A stretch of DNA of 35,599 nucleotides from an uncultured Alphaproteobacteria bacterium (GCA_937907045.1 CALCTU010000123.1:1-35599); one strand, 5' to 3'; positions 10,801 to 19,132 are shown, counted from the stretch's first letter. Numbers and translations are program-made. The notes: a model not told the origin generated them from the sequence alone.

Positions 10801-11574
10801 GGTGGTCCGTTGGTGGGTGGTTTAAGTGTTGCTGCGTACGCTAATTTATCTGAGTTTGATGCAGTTGAGGCTGTTGCTGATACCTTATTTTATGCAAAAA
10901 TTGGTGGAGATTATTACTTGCGATCATACGACAATAGTAGTCCCCCAGAGTTATTGCCAATACCCGATACAGCAGGGTCTGCAGCCATGCATGTGGCACT
11001 AACTTCGTTAGACCCAATTACGGATCCTGCCGAAGAGGCAGAGGCTACTGAAAATGAAGCAGAAGCAAATGAGCTTGTTTCGGCATATGATGAGTTGATT
11101 GAAAATTTAGGTCAGTGGTTGTCTGGAAGTATTGGTACATCCCAAAGTAATCTTATTTTAAATGGATCACGTATTGTCACTGGTCTTAGTTTATATAAAG
11201 CTGAAGGTGCAACGGTTTTTGAGCATCGTTGGCCGGGTGCAGGGGGATGTTCTTGGGACGATCCAGATGATGAGCCGTGGGGACATGGTGCGCATGGTCG
11301 TGTGGAAATTAAATGTATTAAAGGTAGTGGCTTGATTATGGATCAAGTTCCGTGCCCTGCAACTACTCAAGTTGTTGGCTATTTAAATATAGAGACAAAC
11401 ACGTTTGAGATGGAAACATGTACGATGCCAGAAACGCCATATGGTTTTTATGCACCTGCTGGCTCATGTGAGAATACTGCATCTACTCCTGCTATATTTG
11501 ATGCATCTTTAGGGCATAGAGTCCGTGCATTTAGAGCACCTCCAATGTGTAATAACGGCTCATGGGTTTATTAG
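7849..11574 (+). CDS. Giant cysteine-rich secreted/envelope protein with a split glycine-rich (ALK/LTK-GRD-like) domain; function unknown
   Basis: 1,241-codon ORF overlapping the virB4 stop (7893-7895); the alternative start ATG 7882 (MRWLRV) gives a 14-nt overlap. The N-terminus is signal-peptide-like and ends TSTPAFA/GR. A second hydrophobic helix lies at nt ~8407-8500. I count about 40 Cys, and the protein is Pro/Asp/Gly-rich. The glycine-rich motif is FDYNVPNACGRVQVRMWAGGGRGHASGGGDSNDFSGGSGSYAQLELDV..IEFVVGGGSVGGG. Confidence 0.8.
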   Translation: MMTLETGYKDFMRWLRVTQDGSIGLGVWLPVLAVLYVLVTVTSTPAFAGRTKEVRAGNDTTFNRATIEVTYDDPLWFGSHTSTLTHGECSWMGHFLIRVCARLAEPIPEKFPNDAGYDPNNPDNNRGRENFGNRTGLEGDPRIQLCAYEDPCDGMDPPDGICLLWENNISPFHKHTPNQDAISMSNAILIGGAAAVVAGPFGIVAGMFTGAMVSLITSHFNHVVIETLGCVDVPMPPMPPEWCNDCWYVPYYPTPEIESAPDATFFDPAVKITICQNSESLRDPKELEKCSHEDAVVLESFELHPNLSNMTMRDGRPLYRECKVPSAPNDSRNFCAEVSTARPWETCVFREMSDGDRAMLACVDRPPEGQGIPKPTISQERDTFDGARVTIQYPDPGEGILQLREDPALFDGKEETVPNPDWTEHCGYLQQYEFCLFRPCEGDDGTSGPGSQCDNYEDYLCVSGYSPPYGVAINVNTGDVIEGTPNKENPVINAGEAEWIYQPPFCWERDPVTLDCKNYTGECCSMAPDPEDPSAIVDTCPGIVGPYTDEEGMCLHYVPHVGVDVYTLDTDPIDPACPTTTGETEPLDCRPKETVRPLTPKEMGMCLRVPDSNFLTIENGPTTFDYNVPNACGRVQVRMWAGGGRGHASGGGDSNDFSGGSGSYAQLELDVDPLDTIEFVVGGGSVGGGNWHGYPSCLAIADDPPVALNCNDVDAITVNPGKGHNVSVPVDSYGIGNAGVLPEGYDSGAWRWKGEDCQTGNSNAGCYIMDQTRHGYSGGHSGNGIHGPAGGNTPPWWWYINRALSVGPAGVNYHSRFSEGYIGCWPDGVRPHPRSIYTELPDEPLRPGGAQPQYTVNVSSYGTVGDFDAVTVTPMAETIYFGKINISGQDEFFIRSYNVDGELEAIPRMSSVTQSDGGEGFEMPESSGADPYIKLSDLKPSQELALARKHSVYNELAAKLDNWIADPSIAGLTEDIIQDTQIIAGGPLVGGLSVAAYANLSEFDAVEAVADTLFYAKIGGDYYLRSYDNSSPPELLPIPDTAGSAAMHVALTSLDPITDPAEEAEATENEAEANELVSAYDELIENLGQWLSGSIGTSQSNLILNGSRIVTGLSLYKAEGATVFEHRWPGAGGCSWDDPDDEPWGHGAHGRVEIKCIKGSGLIMDQVPCPATTQVVGYLNIETNTFEMETCTMPETPYGFYAPAGSCENTASTPAIFDASLGHRVRAFRAPPMCNNGSWVY
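10441..11205 (+). repeat. Diverged tandem duplication (~120-135 aa units) inside the giant ORF
   Basis: Unit 1 begins GDFDAVTVTPMAETIYFGKINISGQDEFFIRSYNVDGELEAIP and continues through ELALARKHSVYNELAAKLDNWIADPS...IIAGGPLVGGLSV. Unit 2 (from nt 10849) begins SEFDAVEAVADTLFYAKIGGDYYLRSYDNSSPPELLPIP and continues through EANELVSAYDELIENLGQWLSGSI...IVTGLSLY. Both units are Cys-free. Confidence 0.55.
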
Positions 11575-11688
11575 ACTTCTTGATGTCTTTCTTTGTCACA
11601 GAAACGGTATCTCACCTGCTATAAGGTGGACAGATGTACCTGATATGTGTTACTAATATCTCCCCAAAGAAGATAACAGGACCCCATT

Positions 11689-13545
11689 ATGATAGATTTT
11701 GCGTTGCCTGAGGCCTTCCATATGTGGACGGTGCTAGTGCTCATAGTATTTGCTATGGTTGGTTATTCTAGTGATAAGATACCTTTGGAAGTTACATCCG
11801 CAATGGTATTTGCTTCGTTGCTGGTCTTATTTGAGTTTTTTCCGCTGATAGATGAATTTGGCTATGTTCATATGGATGTAGCTAAAATATTTGCAGGCTT
11901 TTCTAACCCAGCGCTTCTTGCTGTACTTGGGCTTTTGGTAGTGGGGCAAGCGGTAGTGCAAACAGGAGCGTTAAATGAGGTTGCCAGCATTATTGCACGT
12001 ATTTCCCGGAACAATGCGCTCGTTTCGCTTGTACTTTGCCTTATTGTCGTTATGGGAATTAGCGCGGTACTGAATAATACTCCTGTGGTTGTCATATTTA
12101 TTCCCATCTTGGCTGCACTAGCAAAGCACCTGGATATTTCAGTTAGTAAAATAATGATTCCCCTATCTTATGCAGCTATATTGGGTGGAATGATGACATT
12201 GGTCGGAAGCAGCACCAATTTGTTGGTGTCAGGTACATTAGTTGATATGGGGATGCCAGCTTTAGGGTTTTTTGATTTTACAATACCAGGTTTAGTGTTA
12301 GCAACAGTGGGGTTTGTTTATGTTACGCTGATTGCTCCGCATCTACTGATAGATAGAGCATCATTAGCCAAAACACTGGTTGGTGGAGATGATGAGCGCC
12401 AGTTTATTGCCCAAGTGGAAGTGGATGCCACGTCTGATTTTGTAGGTAGGCACATCGCTAGTGCAAAACTTGAAGGTTATGATGAAATTACTATCCGGAT
12501 GGTTCAACGTGGTGAGCATGCTTATCTTCCACCATTTGACGAACATATGACTATACGCTCGGGTGATATTGTGGTTGTAGCAACAACTCGTACCGGTATT
12601 ACTCAACTATTAGAAAAACAGCCCGGTAGTTTGTTACAAAATATGCCTGGAGGTTTAGAGGTCGCTGATGATAGTGAAGGGGACCTCGTGCAGTCAGGGA
12701 TAAGTTTGGCTGAAGTAATCGTGACCCCTTCTTCTAGAATGATTGGAAGAAATCTCGAACAAGTTGGTTTTCACCATAGGCATCATTGTGTTGTGTTGGG
12801 TATACAACGTCAATCACGTGTTATTCGGTCTCGTGTATCGGAAATTAGGCTAGCAGCTGGAGACGTGTTATTGGTGATGGGTAAGCGTCAGGATGTAATG
12901 AATTTACAAGAAAGCAAAGACATACTCTTTCTTGAATGGTCTGCTCAAGAAATTCATTCTGGTAAAAAGGCTTGGGTTGCAGGGGGTATTTTGTCGGTAG
13001 TGGTAGGAACTGCAGCATTCGACATTGTTCCAATTGCAGTAGCAGCTTTTGTTGGTGCTGTATCGGTTATTGTAACGGGATGTTTGAATTTGCGACAAGC
13101 TAAACGTTCTATTGATAGTCAGGTATTAATGATAGTTGCTGCGTCGCTTGCCCTTGGAGCTGCATTACAAGAAACTGGTGGTGCCATATTTATTGCCAAG
13201 TCGTTGATAGGTTTCTTGGAAGGCGCTTCTGCTGTAACAATTATGTCTGTGTTGTTTGTATTAATGGCAGTTATTACAAATGTTTTAAGTAACAACGCTA
13301 GTGCAGTATTATTTACTCCCATTGCAGTAAGTGCAGCTCAACAGTTAGATGCAAACCCATTGATGTTTATTTTTGCGGTTATCTTTGCGTGTAACTGTTC
13401 CTTTATTACGCCAATTGGTTATCAGACAAACCTTCTTGTGATGGGTCCAGGGCATTATAAATTTTCTGATTTTATACGTTCTGGTTTACCGCTTGCACTT
13501 ATAATGTGGATCACCTATACCTTGTTTGCATTATCATACTTTTAA
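11689..13545 (+). CDS. SLC13/DASS-family anion permease with two central TrkA-C (RCK C-terminal) domains
   Basis: 618 aa. Two polytopic hydrophobic halves flank a soluble ~200-aa insert. The insert holds two TrkA-C-like repeats (GRHIASAKLEG..ITIRMVQRGE....GDIVVVAT and GRNLEQVGFHHRHHCVVLGIQR....GDVLLVMG). Confidence 0.8.
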   Translation: MIDFALPEAFHMWTVLVLIVFAMVGYSSDKIPLEVTSAMVFASLLVLFEFFPLIDEFGYVHMDVAKIFAGFSNPALLAVLGLLVVGQAVVQTGALNEVASIIARISRNNALVSLVLCLIVVMGISAVLNNTPVVVIFIPILAALAKHLDISVSKIMIPLSYAAILGGMMTLVGSSTNLLVSGTLVDMGMPALGFFDFTIPGLVLATVGFVYVTLIAPHLLIDRASLAKTLVGGDDERQFIAQVEVDATSDFVGRHIASAKLEGYDEITIRMVQRGEHAYLPPFDEHMTIRSGDIVVVATTRTGITQLLEKQPGSLLQNMPGGLEVADDSEGDLVQSGISLAEVIVTPSSRMIGRNLEQVGFHHRHHCVVLGIQRQSRVIRSRVSEIRLAAGDVLLVMGKRQDVMNLQESKDILFLEWSAQEIHSGKKAWVAGGILSVVVGTAAFDIVPIAVAAFVGAVSVIVTGCLNLRQAKRSIDSQVLMIVAASLALGAALQETGGAIFIAKSLIGFLEGASAVTIMSVLFVLMAVITNVLSNNASAVLFTPIAVSAAQQLDANPLMFIFAVIFACNCSFITPIGYQTNLLVMGPGHYKFSDFIRSGLPLALIMWITYTLFALSYF

Positions 13546-13562
13546 CAAGGGGTGGGCTGTAT

Positions 13563-13943
13563 ATGACTTCAGATAAGCCAAAAGGAGAACTTTCCATACG
13601 TGTCTTGGCTATGCCTGCAGATACTAATCCAGCAGGAGATATCTTTGGTGGGTGGTTATTGTCACAGATGGATGTGGCGGGTAATATTTTAGCCAAACGT
13701 ATTGCAAGTGGGCGAACAGTTACCATTGCTATTGACTCAATGTCTTTTTTAGAGCCTGTTTCAGTGGGTGATACATTATGTTGTTATACTCATGTAGAGC
13801 GTATTGGAAAAACCTCGATCACGATTATGGTTGAAGCCTGGGCGACGCCTCAATACACAGAAGAGTCAATAAAAGTAACAGAAGGCATTTTTACCTATGT
13901 GGCGATTGATGAAAATCGTAAGCCTCGTGTGATAAAGACTTAA
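13563..13943 (+). CDS. yciA: Acyl-CoA thioesterase, YciA-type hotdog fold
   Basis: IRVLAMPADTNPAGDIFGGWLLSQMDVAGNILAKRIA..GRTVTIAIDSMSFLEPVSVGD is near-colinear with E. coli YciA as I remember it. I chose start ATG 13563 (MTSDKPKGE) over track start 13506, which overlaps the permease. Confidence 0.8.
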   Translation: MTSDKPKGELSIRVLAMPADTNPAGDIFGGWLLSQMDVAGNILAKRIASGRTVTIAIDSMSFLEPVSVGDTLCCYTHVERIGKTSITIMVEAWATPQYTEESIKVTEGIFTYVAIDENRKPRVIKT

Positions 13944-13963
13944 ATTAATGGTAGGAAAGTGGC

Positions 13964-15061
13964 ATGAGTAACATTAGTCGCAGAGATATGATTTTAGGTC
14001 TTGGAGCTTTGGGAGCAACGTCTGTAGCAGTCTCAGCACTTCCATCTCCGGCGATTGCCAAAAATGTACGTCATTGGAAAATGGTATTGACGTGGCAGAA
14101 GGTTCTTCCAGGCTTAGGTACCGGAGCAGTAAGGTTAGCTAAGCGTATTGAATCACTTTCGGATGGAGCCATTAAAATAGATGTTTATGGTGGTGGTGAA
14201 TTGGTTCCTGCCATGGAAGTTTTTGATGCTGTTTCGCAAGGAACGGCTGACCTTGGACATAGTGCTCCTTACTATTGGCTAAATAAAAGCAAAGCAACGT
14301 CGTTTTTTTGTGGTGTACCAGGTGGTCTAACAGTGCAAGAACAAAATGGTTGGCTGTATTTTGGTGGAGGTAAAAAGCTTTGGGACGAGTTATATGCTCC
14401 TTTTGGAGTAGTTGCTTTCCCTGCAGGAAATACTGGTTGTCAGATGGGAGGATGGTTTAATAAAGAGCTGCGTACAGCAAGTGATATTAAAGGCCTAAAG
14501 ATGCGTATTCCTGGACTTGGAGGAGAGGTATTTACAAAGCTTGGTGGTAGTGCTCAGGTTATTCCACCTCAAGAATTATTTACTGCAATGCAGTCAGGTG
14601 TGATTGATGCACTGGAATGGGTTGGTCCATGGAATGATTTATCACTAGGGTTTCATCGTGTTTCAAAATATTATTATGGTCCTGCGTTCCAAGAGGGAGG
14701 TCCTACATTGGAATTATTGGTAAATAAGCAGGCTTTTGAAAATTTACCCAAACACCTGCAACAAGTTGTTAAGGTAGCGTGCGCTACAGAAAACGAACTC
14801 ATGACCGCTCAATATTATGCGAATAATATAAGATCGTTTAATATATTAAAAAACAAACATAAAGTTGATATAAGACGGTACCCTGATGATGTGATGAAGG
14901 CTTTCTTTACTATGGCCAAACAGGTAATAGCAAGTGTAGCTGAATTGGGAGATATTGAAAAACGTGTCTATGACTCGTATTTTGCATATCGTAAGAAGTC
15001 TATGGCAATGACACCATATACTGAGTTGGGTTTTTTAGAAGCACGTAGAAGGTTTGGATAA
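13964..15061 (+). CDS. TRAP-transporter periplasmic substrate-binding protein (DctP family) with Tat-type signal peptide
   Basis: Twin-arginine signal MSNISRRDMILGLGALGATSVAVSALPSPAIA/KN. It is a mature ~330-aa DctP-type binding protein (WKMVLTWQK...GGELVPAMEVFDAVSQGTADLGHSAPYYW). No DctQ/DctM membrane genes are adjacent. Confidence 0.75.
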   Translation: MSNISRRDMILGLGALGATSVAVSALPSPAIAKNVRHWKMVLTWQKVLPGLGTGAVRLAKRIESLSDGAIKIDVYGGGELVPAMEVFDAVSQGTADLGHSAPYYWLNKSKATSFFCGVPGGLTVQEQNGWLYFGGGKKLWDELYAPFGVVAFPAGNTGCQMGGWFNKELRTASDIKGLKMRIPGLGGEVFTKLGGSAQVIPPQELFTAMQSGVIDALEWVGPWNDLSLGFHRVSKYYYGPAFQEGGPTLELLVNKQAFENLPKHLQQVVKVACATENELMTAQYYANNIRSFNILKNKHKVDIRRYPDDVMKAFFTMAKQVIASVAELGDIEKRVYDSYFAYRKKSMAMTPYTELGFLEARRRFG

Positions 15062-15609
15062 TGGCGATTAATAAGTCCCTAAAATTAGTACTCGATATAG
15101 GTCCGATTATTTTATTTTTTGCGGCCTATAAGTTAAGTGACTTGTATGTGGCGACAGCTTTGTTGATAGGTACAACACTAATTACATTTGCGATAACCTA
15201 CGTCATAGAAAAGAAAGTACCCTGGATGCTGCTCTTTACAGCTATTCTTGTGGCAGTTATGGGAGGACTGACCATTGTGCTTCACGACGATACATTTATT
15301 AAAATGAAGCCTACATTCATTAATTTGCTGTTTGCAGCTATATTATTCGCGGGCTACGTTGCTGGCAAAGGGCTTCTACGATACGTGTTTGCAGGTTCAA
15401 TTACAATGAGTGATGATGCCTGGAAAATTTTTTCCCTGAGGTGGGCGTTATTTTTTGTTTTTGTTGCAATTATCAATGAATGTGTTTGGCGTTTGTTTGA
15501 TACTGACACATGGGTCAATTTTAAGGTGTTTGGCCTTATCACGCTCACAATGGTATTTTTGGCAACACAAATGCCATTTTTAAAGAAACATATGGATAGT
15601 CAGCAGTAG
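15061..15609 (+). CDS. yciB: Intracellular septation protein A (YciB/IspZ)
   Basis: 182 aa with five hydrophobic segments. Conserved stretches HDDTFIKMKPTFINLLFA and WVNFKVFGL match E. coli YciB as I remember it. Its start overlaps the preceding stop (TAATG, 15059-15063). Confidence 0.8.
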   Translation: MAINKSLKLVLDIGPIILFFAAYKLSDLYVATALLIGTTLITFAITYVIEKKVPWMLLFTAILVAVMGGLTIVLHDDTFIKMKPTFINLLFAAILFAGYVAGKGLLRYVFAGSITMSDDAWKIFSLRWALFFVFVAIINECVWRLFDTDTWVNFKVFGLITLTMVFLATQMPFLKKHMDSQQ

Positions 15610-15714
15610 AGTGCTATCGTCATTGACTAGGAATGGCCCAGGAATGCTTATTATAAGATTAAGTGCCTCGCCGCATTAGCGATGCGTGAAGTCAGAAAAG
15701 AAATGGGTATATCA

Positions 15715-16641
15715 TTAATTAGCGGGCATATCATCGGATTCTTCTGCTTTGGCAGCATAAGAACAAATGGCCCTGGTGCCATTATTTTCGTAGGATATGT
15801 TTAAGCCCATTAGTTTTGCCGTAGCAATTCCCCTGCCGTTAAGGTCGGTAAGACGAAGTGGATCAAAGTCCATAAACTGATCCCATTCAAACCCTTCACC
15901 TTCATCGTCAATAGTAATAGTGATTCTTTCTGGGGTTCGATGATAGTTGACGGTCACGCGTCTATCTTTATATGCAGGTAGGTCGTAGCGTAGTTGAACT
16001 TCTTCTTCCAACTTATTTTTTGAGAGCAACGTGTTTTTCTCTTCGTAATTTATTCCTAAGTTACCATGCTCAACAGCATTAATAAGAATTTCGGATAACG
16101 CAACACTAGTTTCGTCTGGATTGCTAGAATAGTATGATAGTACCCCTGCAAGGCGCTTTGCGTCCTCGATGGTTTTATATTTAAATTGGCCTTCCAGCAG
16201 TAAATGAGCAACCGCCTTTTCTTGTTTCATACTAGTACGAACATCATCGTGATGAACGTGGTCGCGGGCTGCAGCATGAACTAACGATACCATAACGCTT
16301 GGATCAAAAGGTTTTTCTAGGTAGTAATAGGCTCCTGCAGCAAGTCCTTGTTTAGTTTCTTGAACGCCAATATCACCGGTTTGGATAATAACAGGTACAT
16401 TACGAAGCACTTTATGAGACTTCATACGTTTGAGTACTTCCATACCATTCATACGCGGCATCATTTTATCTAGTAAAACAATGTCAATTTCTTCAGGGTT
16501 AGAATTCATGTAACCCCAGGCAACATCACCATCTTCAAAAGAAATACATTCAAAGCCTGCATCTTTTAGGTTCTTATTTAAAATTTCTAGGTTGATAACA
16601 TCATCATCAACCGCCATAACCTTAAGTGAATTTGACATCAT
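15715..16641 (-). CDS. Response-regulator receiver fused to an RsbW/SpoIIAB-like (HATPase_c_2-type) serine kinase domain
   Basis: REC: VMAVDDD..., phospho-acceptor context IVLLDKMMPRMNG, and LEKPF. C-terminal half: N-box-like SEILINAVEHGN, G1-like ITIDDEGEGF, G2-like NGRGIATAKL. There is no HisKA H-box, so this is the anti-sigma-kinase type, not a histidine kinase. Confidence 0.6.
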   Translation of the reverse strand: MMSNSLKVMAVDDDVINLEILNKNLKDAGFECISFEDGDVAWGYMNSNPEEIDIVLLDKMMPRMNGMEVLKRMKSHKVLRNVPVIIQTGDIGVQETKQGLAAGAYYYLEKPFDPSVMVSLVHAAARDHVHHDDVRTSMKQEKAVAHLLLEGQFKYKTIEDAKRLAGVLSYYSSNPDETSVALSEILINAVEHGNLGINYEEKNTLLSKNKLEEEVQLRYDLPAYKDRRVTVNYHRTPERITITIDDEGEGFEWDQFMDFDPLRLTDLNGRGIATAKLMGLNISYENNGTRAICSYAAKAEESDDMPAN

Positions 16642-16740
16642 AATTTTTTATCTCGTTGTCTTAAAATAGTGATCCTTTTATATAGGGATAACTATATTAA
16701 GACTTTTTAAAAGCAAAAGCTATGATTTTTATGAGATGTC

Positions 16741-16769
16741 TTGACATTGGTATAAACACCCCCATATTA
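16741..16769 (+). promoter_or_regulatory. Sigma-70-like promoter candidate for the peroxiredoxin gene
   Basis: TTGACA (16741-46), a 17-nt spacer, then ATATTA (16764-69), about 48 nt upstream of the ATG at 16817. Confidence 0.35.
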
Positions 16770-16816
16770 CCTGTTCACAATACATTATTTAATTCTTTCT
16801 CTAGGAGTAAACGACT

Positions 16817-17422
16817 ATGGCAGTATTAGTTGGCAAAGAAGCCCCAGATTTTACCGCAAATTGCGTGATGGCAGATAATACCATTAATGAAAAATTCAAT
16901 TTCAGGGATTATATCAAGGGAAAGCCGGCAATGTTGTTTTTCTATCCTTTGGATTTTACGTTTGTGTGTCCATCAGAGATTATTGCATTTAATAATCGTA
17001 TTGCAGAATTTAAAGAGCGTGGAGTAGAGGTGATTGGCGTGAGTGTTGATTCTCACTTTACACATATTGCTTGGAAAAATACGGACGTGAATAATGGTGG
17101 TATTGGCCAGATACAATTCCCGTTAGTGGCAGACCTTACAAAGCAGATTGCAAAAGATTATGACGTGCTTATTGAGGCTGCTGGTGTTGCATTGCGTGGT
17201 ACGTTCTTAATTGACAAAGAAGGCGTTGTTCGTCATCAAGTAGTTAATGACCTTCCTTTGGGGCGTAACGTTGATGAGGCTCTTCGTATGGTTGATGCGC
17301 TTGCCTTCCATGAAGAGCATGGAGAAGTGTGCCCAGCAGGTTGGAATAAGGGTAAATCTGGCATGAAAGCTGATAAAGAAGGTGTTGCTTCTTATTTAGC
17401 TGAAAATGCTGACGCGCTATAA
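16817..17422 (+). CDS. ahpC: Typical 2-Cys peroxiredoxin (AhpC/Prx1 family)
   Basis: Peroxidatic Cys motif FYPLDFTFVCPSEI and resolving Cys motif GEVCPAGW. 201 aa. Confidence 0.9.
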   Translation: MAVLVGKEAPDFTANCVMADNTINEKFNFRDYIKGKPAMLFFYPLDFTFVCPSEIIAFNNRIAEFKERGVEVIGVSVDSHFTHIAWKNTDVNNGGIGQIQFPLVADLTKQIAKDYDVLIEAAGVALRGTFLIDKEGVVRHQVVNDLPLGRNVDEALRMVDALAFHEEHGEVCPAGWNKGKSGMKADKEGVASYLAENADAL

Positions 17423-17431
17423 TCATTGTGA

Positions 17432-18430
<999 letters not shown>

Positions 18431-18586
18431 GGCATTTTTTGTTTTTTTAGTAGAGGGCTTAGGGCGCTATTTCTACTCGCTGGTAAGTACAGAGAAACTT
18501 ATTTTAAGAGATGTTTTGTAAGATACGGTTGCCTGTATAACCTACAGGTGAATATATTGTGCCTAAAAAAACGATTCTAAGAAAAA

Positions 18587-18763
18587 TTACGGATTGATTC
18601 CAATATTGCCGCTGCGGCTTTTGTCTGCCACTAAAGCTGCATCTAGCTCAGCAGAAGGGTCTGTAAGAGTTGCTGTTATAGCTTCTAACTTGCCATATTG
18701 AGCGTATAAGGCTTTCAGATCAATTTCTCTAAGATTAATTGGTGTATTATTGCTTTCAGTCAT
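18587..18763 (-). CDS. Small hypothetical protein (58 aa), translationally coupled to the upstream 105-aa ORF
   Basis: ATG 18763 lies 1 nt after the upstream stop (TAA-C-ATG on the minus strand). A GGGGGGAG Shine-Dalgarno sits 8 nt upstream. The track start at 18781 would overlap the upstream ORF. No recognisable motif. Confidence 0.45.
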   Translation of the reverse strand: MTESNNTPINLREIDLKALYAQYGKLEAITATLTDPSAELDAALVADKSRSGNIGINP

Positions 18764-18764
18764 G

Positions 18765-19082
18765 TTAAACGCTCCCCCCATGTTTAACTTGCTTGCAAGT
18801 ATCTATTGCTTTTTTGATTTGTGCAAGTGATTTCTCAATTTTACGTCTATTGAGCATACCAGGGCGTTTGCCAGTTTGTACAAAACGACGATATTCTTCG
18901 GCCAACACGTCGGTTGCCTCTTCGACTTGTTGAACAAGTGGTTCGATAAATTCAAGCTGAGCCATTGGGTTGGTAGTGGCTTCGTCCTCTACCGTATTAA
19001 TGAGATCCTCTGCGAAATCGTAAAATTTTACGATATCGCCATAGGCTGCTTCATGTTGCTCTTGTGTTACCGCTTTAGTCAT
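18765..19082 (-). CDS. Small acidic hypothetical protein (105 aa), predicted helical
   Basis: The ORF has its own promoter-like element upstream. The composition is helical and acidic (EDLINTVEDEATTNPMAQLEFIEPLVQQVEEATDVLAEEYRRF). No family recognised. Confidence 0.5.
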   Translation of the reverse strand: MTKAVTQEQHEAAYGDIVKFYDFAEDLINTVEDEATTNPMAQLEFIEPLVQQVEEATDVLAEEYRRFVQTGKRPGMLNRRKIEKSLAQIKKAIDTCKQVKHGGSV

Positions 19083-19132
19083 TGTAACGATTAATCTATT
19101 GTTATAAAAATATAAGATCCATCAAAACCCAC

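Noticed and set aside
7849-11574. The giant ORF as VirB6/TrbL, which is what usually follows virB4 in Rickettsiales-type loci
   Set aside because: VirB6/TrbL proteins are polytopic, with five or more TM helices. This protein shows only a signal-like segment and one further hydrophobic helix, and it is otherwise hydrophilic and Cys-rich.
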